Shown in pieces: positions 19,398 through 28,527 of a stretch of 52,228 nucleotides of DNA (positions are counted from its first letter, which is position 1; every line of letters begins with the position of its first letter). The stretch is from Anaerolineae bacterium (GTDB lineage Bacteria; Chloroflexota; Anaerolineae; B4-G1; DUEL01). A program made the position numbers and the translations under genes. The notes under the pieces were generated by a model that was not told the origin of the DNA, searched no databases, and worked only from the letters and a program-made list of their open reading frames with translations. The stretch spans positions 1-52,228 of the forward strand of contig DAOTYD010000072.1 in NCBI GenBank assembly GCA_034435295.1, read 5' to 3'.

Positions 19398-19420
19398 CCC
19401 CCTGTCCCCCTCCCGCTCGC

Positions 19421-20734
19421 CTATCCTCCCTCCGCGATCTCCAGAGCCTGGTCGATGAGCGCCAGCCCCTCTTCCAGTTGCTCGACGGTGATGCACAGCG
19501 GCGGGACGACAAAGATCACGCTGACGTTGAAGAAGGTGAAGAGGCCCTTCTCCCGCAGGAAAGCGGCGATGGCATTCATCTCGGCGCTCTTGCCTCCCCA
19601 CGGGACCAGCGGCTCCTTTGTCTCCCGGTTCTTGACCAGTTCGATGCCAGAGAAGAGGCCGATGTAGCGCACATCGCCCACCAATGGGTGACGGGCCTTG
19701 ATCTCCTCCAGCCGCCGCCCCAGCACCTCTCCCACCTTCGCGGCGTTCTCGATCAAGCCGTCCTCTTTGTAGACCTCCAGCGTGGCAACGCCAGCGGCGC
19801 AGGCCAGCGGATGGCCGCTGTAGGTCAGCCCGCCCCACAGCATATGGTCGTCGAAGTAGCGGGCGATCGGCTCCGAGACAATGACCGCCCCCAGCGGCAC
19901 GTAGCCAGAGGTAAGCCCCTTGGCGCAGGTGATGATGTCCGGCTGCACCCCCCAGTGGTCCACCGAGAACCACTTGCCTGTACGTCCAAAGCCGCTCATC
20001 ACCTCGTCAGAGACCAGGAGGATGCCATACCGGTCGCACAGCTCGCGCACGCGCGGCCAGTAGTCTGGCGGGGGGACGATCAGCCCGTTCGATCCCGTCA
20101 CGCCCTCGAGGAACAGCGCCGCGACGTTCTGCGGCCCCTCGAAGCGGATGACGTCCTCGATGTGGGTGATACATTCGCGGTGGCAGGTCTGCGGCGTCCA
20201 GCCGAAATGGCAACGGTAGCAGTAGGGGTCAAAGACGTGCACCACGCCGGGGATCGTCGGCTCGGCAGGCCAGCGACGGGGGTCGCCGGTGAGGGCCACT
20301 GCCCCGTGGGTCGCGCCGTGGTAGGAGCGGTAGCGGGCGATGATCTTGGGGCGCCCGGTGAAGGCGCGGGCGATCTTGATGGCGTTCTCGTTCGCGTCCG
20401 CGCCGCCCAGGCAGAAAAAGGCCTTCTTCATGTTGGCCGGGGCGACCTCGGTCAGCATCTGCGCCAGGCGTCCGCGTGGTTCCGTCGCCATCGCGGGGTG
20501 GGCGAAACAGAGCCGTGCCGCCTGCTCCTGGATGGCCCGCACCACCTTGGGGTGCTGGTGACCGATGTTGAGGTTCATCAGTTGAGAAGAAAAGTCGAGA
20601 TACCGTTTGCCGTTGGCATCCCAGAAGTATACCCCCTCCGCCCTGACCATCGGGATCGGGTCCACGGCGGACTGCACCGACCAGGAGTAGAGGGTATATT
20701 CGCGGTTCAGGCGGACAATCTCTGCGGCATCCAT
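19421..20734 (-). CDS. Class-III PLP aminotransferase, omega-amine:pyruvate (beta-alanine/taurine-pyruvate-like) type
   Basis: The motifs are NIGHQHPKVV, LVSDEVMSGFGRTG and the PLP lysine in DIITCAKGLTSGY. RBS aggag is present. Confidence 0.8.
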   Translation of the reverse strand: MDAAEIVRLNREYTLYSWSVQSAVDPIPMVRAEGVYFWDANGKRYLDFSSQLMNLNIGHQHPKVVRAIQEQAARLCFAHPAMATEPRGRLAQMLTEVAPANMKKAFFCLGGADANENAIKIARAFTGRPKIIARYRSYHGATHGAVALTGDPRRWPAEPTIPGVVHVFDPYCYRCHFGWTPQTCHRECITHIEDVIRFEGPQNVAALFLEGVTGSNGLIVPPPDYWPRVRELCDRYGILLVSDEVMSGFGRTGKWFSVDHWGVQPDIITCAKGLTSGYVPLGAVIVSEPIARYFDDHMLWGGLTYSGHPLACAAGVATLEVYKEDGLIENAAKVGEVLGRRLEEIKARHPLVGDVRYIGLFSGIELVKNRETKEPLVPWGGKSAEMNAIAAFLREKGLFTFFNVSVIFVVPPLCITVEQLEEGLALIDQALEIAEGG

Positions 20735-20755
20735 TTTTTTCTCCTGAGCTTGGCT

Positions 20756-22063
20756 CTAGCGCCGCACGGCGCGTACCGCGTCGGCCATGACGTTCAGCGT
20801 CTCGTCAATGTCGGCGTCGCTGTGCGAGTAAGAGAGGAACCACGGTTCGCGGGGGTCCATATCTGGCATAACCCCCCGCTCGATAGCCGCGGCGATCAGC
20901 CGCAGATAATAGTCCCGCTCACTGACCGCCCAGGAACGCTGGTCGGTCGGCTTCTGGTCAAGGCCGATGGAGAAGGAGAACATCGCCGGCTGGCCCGTGA
21001 ACACCACCGGCATGCCGGCCTCCTCAAAGATGCGTTGCAGTCCAGCCATGAGCCGCTGCCCGCGGCTGGCGATGCTCTCCAGGATGGGCTGGTTCTGCAG
21101 CAGTTCGAGCGTGGCGGCAGCAGCGTTCGCACCGACGACGTTGCCGGCATAGGTGCCGCCGCAGACCACCCCCACTCCGACGACGTCCATGATCTCCCGT
21201 CGCCCGCCGAAGGCGGCCACGGGATAGCCATTGCCCAGCGCTTTGGCGTAAGTGGCCAGGTCGGGCAATACCCCATAGACCTCCTGTGCCCCGCCGCGGG
21301 CGATGCGGAAGCCGGTCTTGACCTCGTCGAAGATGAGCACGATGCCGTACTCGCTGCACCGCTCGCGCAAGAGTTCCAGCCAGCCCGGCAGCGGCTCGAT
21401 GCCGGCGCAGTTGCCCAGCATCGGCTCGACGATGACCGCCGCCACGTCGTGCCAGGCGCGACGCACGGTAGCCTCAAAGACCTCGAAATCGTTGAAGGGC
21501 AGGGTGATGATCAGATCATGCAGACAGCGGGGAATGCCGGAAGTGGAGGGGGCCGGGATCGGGCTGCGGCGGTTGCCGTAGGACTTGACATCGGTGTAGG
21601 TGGAAAAGAGGACATAGTCCGACATGCCGTGGTACTGTCCTTCGAACTTGATGATCTTTTCCCGGCCGGTGTAGGCACGCGCCACGCGCAGGGCGTGCAG
21701 CACCGCTTCGGTGCCGGTGTTGGTCAGGCGCAGGGACTCTATCGCCGGGCACATTGCGGCGATGTGCTCCGCCACGGTGACCTCCACCGGGTTAGTCAGG
21801 GCATACACCACGCCGTTGCCGAGCGCCTCACGCACCCGGGCGTCCACGGCGTCGTAGGCGTGGCCCAGGATGACCGGGCCGAAACCCAGACGGTAGTCAA
21901 TGTAGCGATTGCCGTCTACGTCCCACACATAGGCGCCTTTCGCCCGCTGGGCAAAGATCGTCTCCTCCGGCCCCCAGAAGCGAAAGTTGGAGTTGACACC
22001 CAACGGCATCACTTGCGTGGCCCGTCGCCACATAGCCTGGCTGTTCTCGCGGTTGAGATTCAT
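20756..22063 (-). CDS. Class-III PLP aminotransferase, glutamate-1-semialdehyde aminomutase-like subgroup
   Basis: The motifs are GFGPVILGHAYDAV, TNTGTEAV, IFDEVKTGFR and the PLP lysine in DLATYAKALGNGY. RBS ggagg is present. Confidence 0.8.
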   Translation of the reverse strand: MNLNRENSQAMWRRATQVMPLGVNSNFRFWGPEETIFAQRAKGAYVWDVDGNRYIDYRLGFGPVILGHAYDAVDARVREALGNGVVYALTNPVEVTVAEHIAAMCPAIESLRLTNTGTEAVLHALRVARAYTGREKIIKFEGQYHGMSDYVLFSTYTDVKSYGNRRSPIPAPSTSGIPRCLHDLIITLPFNDFEVFEATVRRAWHDVAAVIVEPMLGNCAGIEPLPGWLELLRERCSEYGIVLIFDEVKTGFRIARGGAQEVYGVLPDLATYAKALGNGYPVAAFGGRREIMDVVGVGVVCGGTYAGNVVGANAAAATLELLQNQPILESIASRGQRLMAGLQRIFEEAGMPVVFTGQPAMFSFSIGLDQKPTDQRSWAVSERDYYLRLIAAAIERGVMPDMDPREPWFLSYSHSDADIDETLNVMADAVRAVRR

Positions 22064-22090
22064 GACTCCTCCAGAAAGAGCATTTGCGTC

Positions 22091-22519
22091 TCAGGGTTGA
22101 TCGGCGGCTTCCGACGGCTGGAAAGTGACCGCGCCGGGGTAACAGAAGCGGACGCACTGCGGGTCGCCGCCGCACAGGTCGCAGGCCAACGCCTTTTGCG
22201 TCGGCACGTCGAAGCACATCGCGCCGTAGGGGCAGGCCGGCACACAGGCCGGGTGGCCGCCGCAGCCGTCACACTTTTGCAGATCAATCACCAGCGGCTG
22301 GCGCGGCGCAGGGCGGGAGATCGCCCCCTGCGGACAGGCGGCGATGCAGGGCGCTTTGGGGCAGGAGAAGCAGGCGATCACCTCGCTCTTGCCCTGCAAA
22401 GGATGGTTGGAGACGCGGATGCGCGCCCGGGTGGGGGCGAACTCTTCAAAGTGTTGCGCCGAACAGATCATCTCACACAGGTGACATCCGGTGCACAGCG
22501 TGTTTTTGAACTTGAGCAT
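22091..22519 (-). CDS. Poly-[4Fe-4S] ferredoxin-domain protein (electron partner of AOR)
   Basis: Four Cys clusters: CTGCHLCEMIC, CFSCPKAPCIAACP, CDGCGGHPACVPACP and CDLCGGDPQCVRFC. The start is at MLKFK with RBS aggagg. Confidence 0.8.
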   Translation of the reverse strand: MLKFKNTLCTGCHLCEMICSAQHFEEFAPTRARIRVSNHPLQGKSEVIACFSCPKAPCIAACPQGAISRPAPRQPLVIDLQKCDGCGGHPACVPACPYGAMCFDVPTQKALACDLCGGDPQCVRFCYPGAVTFQPSEAADQP

Positions 22520-22537
22520 GGCTCCTCCTGACAGATA

Positions 22538-22607
22538 GGACGTGCTGCGTGCTCCGTGTTCCGTGACCCAGGCGCCACACAACACGTACCACGCATCACG
22601 CAGTATG
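22538..22607. repeat. Imperfect hairpin built from inverted heptamer arrays (cgtgNNN x4 / cacgNNN x4)
   Basis: acgtgct gcgtgct ccgtgtt ccgtgac .. cacacaa cacgtac cacgcat cacgcag. It fills the AOR-ferredoxin intergenic gap. Confidence 0.75.
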
Positions 22608-22609
22608 TT

Positions 22610-24394
22610 TCACACCAGCCCCTCCAACCCCAGGGCCGCCAGCTTCTCTGCCGTGGGCACGCCGTCCTCATCCCAGCCGCGCAGGCGATAGTACTCGCTC
22701 AGCGCGGCATCGTACTCGGCGCGGGTAAAGTTCTTGCCCGCCGCAGGCCCCTCCGGCAGCGCCCGGTCGAAGAGGGCCGCTGGAGGAATGTCATCCTTGC
22801 GCCGGAAGCCCTCGCGCACGTTAAAGATGCGCCCCAGGTTCCAGATGCGCTCGCCGACAACCAGCATGTCCTGCTCCGAGTAGTCACGGCCGGTGCCAGC
22901 CGAGGTCAATGCGGCGATGTCCTCCATGCTGATGGCCCAAAAGTCGCAAAAGATGCCGGTCCACTTGGCCGCGCTGGAGTTCTGGCCATTCATCACCATC
23001 TCCGCCTTGCCCTCCAACGTGAAGGGGTTCACGGTGCCAAAGGCCTCCTCCGCCACCGGGAAGGCGCGCATGTGGCAGCCGCCGCGGTCGGAAGTGCAGT
23101 AGGCCAGCGCCATGCCGTAGGAGCCGCGCGGGTCGTAGGCGGGGAACTCCAGTCCCTTGTTCTCCATCACCAGATGGGAGGCGCCGTATTTCTGGGCGAT
23201 GTAGCGCGCGCCGTTGGCCAGTTCTGCCCCCACGCCGCGCCGATAGGCGATCTCCTCCACCGCGTTCAGATACCCCTCCACGTCGCCGAAGCGCAGGCCA
23301 AAGTCATGGATGCCCTCCTGGGCCATCAGCATGGCCAGGCCGATGACGTTGCCGGTGGAGATGCTGTCCAGCCCCAGGTTATCGCAGAGGCGGTTGAAAG
23401 AGATCACCGCACTCAGGTCGCCCATGCCGCAGTTGGAACCGCCCAGGCCCAGCGTCTCGTACTCCGGGCCCTCCATCAGTCCCTCGGCGTTGCTGACCAG
23501 TTGGCCGCAGGCCAGGGGGCAGGTGGCACAGGCGCGGTTGCGGATCTTGCGCGCCTTGATCGCGTCGGAGTTGATTCCCTTTGCGCCGTCAAAGACCCCC
23601 TGGCTGAAGCCGCGCGTCGGCAGGAGGCCGGTGCACTGCGACAGCTCCACGATCATCGGCGTGCCCATATCGTAGGCCCAGGTGTTGGCTTCAGTGAGCA
23701 GGTGGTTGTGGAAAATGTCGTCGTAGAGGCGCATAAAGGCCGCCATGTCCGGCACGCGGACGGCGCCGGTGCCGCGTATCGCCACTGCCTTGAGGTTCTT
23801 GCTGCCAAAGACCGCGCCGGGTCCGCCTCGCCCGGCCTGGCGGTAGGCCTCCGAGGTCAGGCAGGCAAAGAGGACACCGTTCTCCCCCGCCGGGCCGGCG
23901 GTAAGGGAGACCAGGTGCTCATCATTTGCCTGCTCCTTCAGCCAGGTATCTGTCTCCCAGATGCCCTGTCCCCACACCGGCGTGGCGTCGCGCAGTTCGA
24001 CGCGATCGTCCTGGATGAGCAGGGCTGTAGGGCCGGGGGCCTTGCCGGTGATGACCACGCCGTCATAGCCGGCCAGTTTCATCTGCCAGGCGAACGCGCC
24101 GCCGACGTAAGAGTCCAGGATCGTGCCGGTAGCGGGGGAACGGGTGCAGACGACCGTGCGGGCGGTGGTGGCCACGCAGGTGCCGGCCAGCGCGCCGGAG
24201 AAGAGCACGAGTGCATTCTGCGGCGAGAGCGGATCGGTATGAGGGAGCAGCACATCGAAGAGGTAGCGGAAGCCCAACCCTTTGCCGCCCACAAAGTCCG
24301 CCGCCCACGCGGCGTTCAGCGGCTCCGTCTGCACCTTCCCACTCGTCAGGTCCACTCGCAAGACCTTGCCTGCATAACAGTTCTTTCTTTCCAT
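22610..24394 (-). CDS. aor: Aldehyde:ferredoxin oxidoreductase (tungstopterin AOR family)
   Basis: AOR N-terminal domain (YAGKVLRVDLTSGKV), EYETLG, the [4Fe-4S] ligand motif CATCPLAC, and DRGGCH. The start is at MERKN with RBS aaggagg. Confidence 0.85.
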   Translation of the reverse strand: MERKNCYAGKVLRVDLTSGKVQTEPLNAAWAADFVGGKGLGFRYLFDVLLPHTDPLSPQNALVLFSGALAGTCVATTARTVVCTRSPATGTILDSYVGGAFAWQMKLAGYDGVVITGKAPGPTALLIQDDRVELRDATPVWGQGIWETDTWLKEQANDEHLVSLTAGPAGENGVLFACLTSEAYRQAGRGGPGAVFGSKNLKAVAIRGTGAVRVPDMAAFMRLYDDIFHNHLLTEANTWAYDMGTPMIVELSQCTGLLPTRGFSQGVFDGAKGINSDAIKARKIRNRACATCPLACGQLVSNAEGLMEGPEYETLGLGGSNCGMGDLSAVISFNRLCDNLGLDSISTGNVIGLAMLMAQEGIHDFGLRFGDVEGYLNAVEEIAYRRGVGAELANGARYIAQKYGASHLVMENKGLEFPAYDPRGSYGMALAYCTSDRGGCHMRAFPVAEEAFGTVNPFTLEGKAEMVMNGQNSSAAKWTGIFCDFWAISMEDIAALTSAGTGRDYSEQDMLVVGERIWNLGRIFNVREGFRRKDDIPPAALFDRALPEGPAAGKNFTRAEYDAALSEYYRLRGWDEDGVPTAEKLAALGLEGLV

Positions 24395-24430
24395 TTGCCC
24401 TCCTTCTCTCCGCAACTCTGTATCTCGGAT

Positions 24431-25243
24431 TTATGCCCAGTCCGACACCTCGTTGTACCACGGCTTTTTTGTTCCCACCTGGGCGCGCCGCTTCCAACGG
24501 CCGGACTTGGGAGCGTCCTCGATGGCCCGGAGGATCAGGTCGGCCTTGGTGCTGATGATGGCCCGTTGTTCGTCGCTCAAGGCCGCCACGCCCGCCATCG
24601 CCGCCTTGACCCGTCCCAGGTTGGTGGTCGCCGTGTAGTAAAAGCCCCAGTCATCCGCCATGATCCTGGCCACGTAGCGGCGGTTGATCTGATCGCGGTC
24701 GTCGTCCCCCACCGGCGCGGCCAGCAGCAGAAGCATGCCATCCTTGAGGTCCTTGTCGTTGATCTGCACGATCTGCAATTTCTGCAGCAGCAGGTCCGTC
24801 AGCGAGACACAGTAGGGGTGGATCTCCAGGCGACCCTTGTAGTCCACGCAGTGGTTCATGTCCAGCCGGTCGAAGAAGACATCGATCATCGGGATGCGCT
24901 CGCTGAAATAGATGTGGCGGTTCTGGCCGAAGAGCATCATCGTGCGCCGGTCATAGTCGTACCCCTGGGACTGGAAGAAGCCGACCAGTTTGCCCCGGTG
25001 CTTGCCGTAAGCAGCATAGTCGATGTCGGTAAAGACCCGCTCGCCGAGCCGTTCCATGCGCTGGTAGAGGTCCACATAGTCGGGAAAGTAGTAATGCAGG
25101 GCGATGGGGCCCATCACGCGCAGGATCAGCCCCTGCTGTTGCGCCGCCTCGATCAACCGGCGTGCCTCCTCCAGATAGGTCTCCGGTTTGGGATACTCCT
25201 CCAGCGGAATATCTTTGGGTAGCCTGAACTTCCTTTCAGCCAT
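24431..25243 (-). CDS. Hypothetical protein, possible nucleotidyltransferase-fold (NTP_transf_5-like)
   Basis: 270 aa. LRVMGPIALHYY....ERVFTDIDYAAY resembles a G[GS]-x(n)-D.D NTase motif. The assignment is weak and made only by eye. Confidence 0.35.
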   Translation of the reverse strand: MAERKFRLPKDIPLEEYPKPETYLEEARRLIEAAQQQGLILRVMGPIALHYYFPDYVDLYQRMERLGERVFTDIDYAAYGKHRGKLVGFFQSQGYDYDRRTMMLFGQNRHIYFSERIPMIDVFFDRLDMNHCVDYKGRLEIHPYCVSLTDLLLQKLQIVQINDKDLKDGMLLLLAAPVGDDDRDQINRRYVARIMADDWGFYYTATTNLGRVKAAMAGVAALSDEQRAIISTKADLILRAIEDAPKSGRWKRRAQVGTKKPWYNEVSDWA

Positions 25244-25270
25244 ATCATGCTCCGTGCGGTGTACTTTGTC

Positions 25271-25340
25271 TTTCGTGTTGCGTGTTGCGTGGTGCGTGAC
25301 GCGTGCCACCACGGAACACGCACCACGCAACACGTCACCC
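25271..25340. repeat. Heptamer-array hairpin with an 18-bp stem
   Basis: gtgttgcgtggtgcgtg (25282-25298) is the exact reverse complement of cacgcaccacgcaacac (25317-25333), plus one flanking C-G pair. The arms are tgcgtgN / cacgcaN heptamers. Confidence 0.9.
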
Positions 25341-25343
25341 ACA

Positions 25344-26273
25344 TCAGCCCGAGGTGAACACATAGTCCTTCAGTTTGCCCTTCTGCATGATCAACACCAC
25401 ACCCTTGAGGATGCCCTCCGAGTACTCGCTGCCGGGGTTGACGATGGTCGTGCGGCCGATCTTCTGAACACCCCGCGACTCGTGGATGTGGCCGTGAAGG
25501 CCGAGGAGGGGCTGGTATTTCTGGATCATCCTGGCCACCGCCCGGCTGCCCACGTGGATCTTGCGGTCCGCCGCCTGTACCAGGTCCTTGGTCAGCTCTG
25601 GAGCCAGGTCGAGCGCATAGCCATAGGGCGGGGCGTGGAAGTTGAAGATAGAGTTGGGTACGTTCTTGATCTGCGCGATCAGCGCCTCCAACATCGGCTC
25701 CAGTTCCTCATCGGGCTTCTCCCGCGGCGTGTCCCACGGCGTCGGGTTGGTCCAGGCGAAGGTGGCCATCTCGTGCTCGCCGACCATCACCACGCGGTCG
25801 TTGCAGTTGACGATGGCCGCCGAGTCGGAGATGACGTCGTCCACTTCCAGATGGTCATCGTTGCCCGGAGCCATGTACACCTTGAACGGGCTGCCAGCCA
25901 GCCGCTCGTCGGCCAGGGCGATCCATTCCTTCAGACGGGCCAGCATCAGTTGTTTGAACAGCTCGTCCTGGGCCTGCTGGTCGACCTTGAGCGCGTGGAA
26001 CTCGTCGGGGGTCAGGTGGACCCAGTAATAGCCCACCATCTCGATGGTCTTTTTCAGTTTCGCCAGTTCCTCTTCGGTCTCCACCTGCATCGGCGAGCCC
26101 ATGAAGGTGGTCTCCCACCCCCCGCCGGCCCGCTCTACCAGGGGAATGAGCATCTTCCCGGTCAGGTCGCCGAGCAGGATGCCCACGTCCACCTGGTAGA
26201 TGCGCAGGGCGTTGAGGAACTTGCGGTAGCAGACGTTCGAGCCGTGAATATCCGTGACGAAGAATATCCGCAT
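25344..26273 (-). CDS. Calcineurin-like metallophosphoesterase
   Basis: MRIFFVTDIHGS, LLGDLTGK, GNDD, NFHAPPYG and GLHGHIHES are the canonical MPE motifs I-V. Confidence 0.8.
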   Translation of the reverse strand: MRIFFVTDIHGSNVCYRKFLNALRIYQVDVGILLGDLTGKMLIPLVERAGGGWETTFMGSPMQVETEEELAKLKKTIEMVGYYWVHLTPDEFHALKVDQQAQDELFKQLMLARLKEWIALADERLAGSPFKVYMAPGNDDHLEVDDVISDSAAIVNCNDRVVMVGEHEMATFAWTNPTPWDTPREKPDEELEPMLEALIAQIKNVPNSIFNFHAPPYGYALDLAPELTKDLVQAADRKIHVGSRAVARMIQKYQPLLGLHGHIHESRGVQKIGRTTIVNPGSEYSEGILKGVVLIMQKGKLKDYVFTSG

Positions 26274-26289
26274 CAGGCTTGTCCCCCTC

Positions 26290-27924
26290 TCACTCCGGCG
26301 GCAACTCGCCGTAGGTCATGCTCACGTCAACCCCCACTTGCCTGTTGCGCGCCTTCCAGAAATAATACCAGGCGATGCCCAGACCCCAGATGACGATGTA
26401 AAAGATCAGCGAGCCGATGGTCAGCCCCTCCAGGTCGGGCATGACGATGAAGAAGTAGAACAGGATCGCCAGGTAGATCAGGTTCACCACCGCCCCGATG
26501 GTGACCGCCGGGATGCCCAGGACGCGCCAGTGGCGATAGGGAGAGGCCTCCCAGATGTGGCGCGCCTTTTTGACGAAGGGGAAAAGCAGCGCGGCGATGG
26601 CCGTCACGCCAAAGACGGAAACGATCTCCATGCCGGTGACCGACAGCCCGCTCATCTGCTCCTGCCACAGAGAGTAGAGCAGGATGCCGATCTCTCCCAG
26701 CACGAAACACAGGATGTGGTTCTTCACCGGCGTGGCCCAGCGAGGATGGATGTCGGTGAACCACTTTGGCCCCATGCGGTCCATCCCCCAGGCAAAGAGG
26801 ATGCGCGGGAAGGCCATGTAGGACAGGGCCACCCACCACAGGTTGAAAAGGATGAAGGAGAGGGCCATCAGGAAGAGGACGATAAAGCGCAGCAGCGGGC
26901 TGGACAGGGTGTAGGTGACCACCGCCGCCAGGCCGACGAAATGCGGCGACCAGGGGAGCGCGTAACCGGCCAGTTCACCGCCCAGGGTCTCGTCCACATA
27001 GGCAGTGGCGCTCAGGAACTGGAAGCCGACAGTGCGGTAGAGGACAATGGACAGCCAGAGCATGAAAAAGGCCGGCACCAGGATGGCAAACAGATTGCCC
27101 AGGATGATGGATTTGTCCGGCCGCTTGACCTCGCCAGCGATGAAGGTGATGCAGTAGCTGTAGGCGAAGAGCCATGACCCCGCCACCATCACCCCCAACG
27201 TGTCGAACCAGTTCCAGGTGACCGGCAGCACATCCCCCGCCTCCTCCATCGCCGACCGCACCGCTGCCAGGAAGGAGTTATAGTCCAGCGAGCCGAACTG
27301 AGCCGACACGCCGTTCCACGCCTGGACGAACTGATCGTGCGAGGTGAAGGTAAAGACCAGCAGGATGACCAGCGCGCCCAGGATACCCAGGGCCATGATC
27401 ACCTTCTGCACGCGGGCGAAGAACTTGATGCCAAAGATCAGGAAAAGGAGCGCGATAAAGTTGACCAGGCTGGCGATCAGGAACAGCGCCCACGGCTGCG
27501 AGAGGAACTCTGTGGCGCGGTCCCAGCCGAGGAACTGGCACAACATCACCAGACCAGGGTCCACCGTCCAGGGGGCCAGGACGTAAATCCACATGATCCA
27601 GACAAAGGCGTTGCCAAAACTCTCGGCGATGCCGATCAGCGGGCTGATGATGCGCGAGTTGTAGATGTACTCGCCGCCGCTGCGCGGCATGCTCCCCCCC
27701 AGGATGCCCCACACCAGCGAGAAGCCGATGCCGCACATCACCGCCGAAAGAAGGGTGGCGATGATCAGGTTCCCTCCCGTATAGACCGACAGGCCCAGGC
27801 TGATCATCACCCACATGCTGGGGGTCAGTCCCTGATTCATAAAGCCAACACCAAAGGCGTCCAATAAGGACAGCCCCCGTACCAGGCCGCTCGCTTTACG
27901 GGCAAACACTCTTTCCTCAGCCAT
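26290..27924 (-). CDS. APC-superfamily amino acid/polyamine permease
   Basis: 544 aa and multi-TM. The APC N-terminal signature is FGVGFMNQG..GGSMPRSGGEYIY. The start is at MAEER with RBS ggaaggagg. Confidence 0.75.
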   Translation of the reverse strand: MAEERVFARKASGLVRGLSLLDAFGVGFMNQGLTPSMWVMISLGLSVYTGGNLIIATLLSAVMCGIGFSLVWGILGGSMPRSGGEYIYNSRIISPLIGIAESFGNAFVWIMWIYVLAPWTVDPGLVMLCQFLGWDRATEFLSQPWALFLIASLVNFIALLFLIFGIKFFARVQKVIMALGILGALVILLVFTFTSHDQFVQAWNGVSAQFGSLDYNSFLAAVRSAMEEAGDVLPVTWNWFDTLGVMVAGSWLFAYSYCITFIAGEVKRPDKSIILGNLFAILVPAFFMLWLSIVLYRTVGFQFLSATAYVDETLGGELAGYALPWSPHFVGLAAVVTYTLSSPLLRFIVLFLMALSFILFNLWWVALSYMAFPRILFAWGMDRMGPKWFTDIHPRWATPVKNHILCFVLGEIGILLYSLWQEQMSGLSVTGMEIVSVFGVTAIAALLFPFVKKARHIWEASPYRHWRVLGIPAVTIGAVVNLIYLAILFYFFIVMPDLEGLTIGSLIFYIVIWGLGIAWYYFWKARNRQVGVDVSMTYGELPPE

Positions 27925-28006
27925 TCCTCCTTCCCTCCTGTCTTTATAGATGGAATCTGGATATATCACTCACAGGGGAACTGTAACGGAGAAAGCACAG
28001 ATCACC

Positions 28007-28495
28007 TCATACTCCCTCCTCACTGACTACTGACTCAGGAATGCCCCAGTCCTGGATGTCTTTCACAATGACAGGGACAAGGATCGTGCTGGTGCGGCGC
28101 ACTCCAGGCACCTTGCCCACAACCTCGGTGACAAAGTGATAGAGGGACTCGTTGTCTCGCGCCTGCACCTGGATGCTCAGATCGCGGTCGCCCGTGGAGC
28201 AGGCGACGTAGGAGACTTGGGGGAACTCGGCCATCTTCCGCGCCACTTCCAACACGCGGCCCGGCTCGATCTCCAGCCACACATCGGCGCAGACGGGGAA
28301 ACCGATCGCCTTGGGGTTCACCAGCGCGCTGACGCGCAACACCCCACTCTCCACCATCCGGCGGATGCGGTGCCCCACGCCGCGCGCCGTGATCCGCCCC
28401 CCCAGGCGACGGGCAATGTCCGCACAGGACATCCGCCCATCCTCGATCAGCAGCGCCACAATTTCCCGGTCCAGCCGGTCAACCTTATGGCCCAT
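28007..28495 (-). CDS. Lrp/AsnC family transcriptional regulator
   Basis: The HTH is LDREIVALLIEDGRMSCADIARRLG, followed by a C-terminal RAM/AsnC_trans_reg fold (VWLEIEPG..YVACSTGDRDLSIQV). Confidence 0.85.
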   Translation of the reverse strand: MGHKVDRLDREIVALLIEDGRMSCADIARRLGGRITARGVGHRIRRMVESGVLRVSALVNPKAIGFPVCADVWLEIEPGRVLEVARKMAEFPQVSYVACSTGDRDLSIQVQARDNESLYHFVTEVVGKVPGVRRTSTILVPVIVKDIQDWGIPESVVSEEGV

Positions 28496-28527
28496 ACCTC
28501 TCCCCCGGAGCGCCGTTTATGCCGCGT

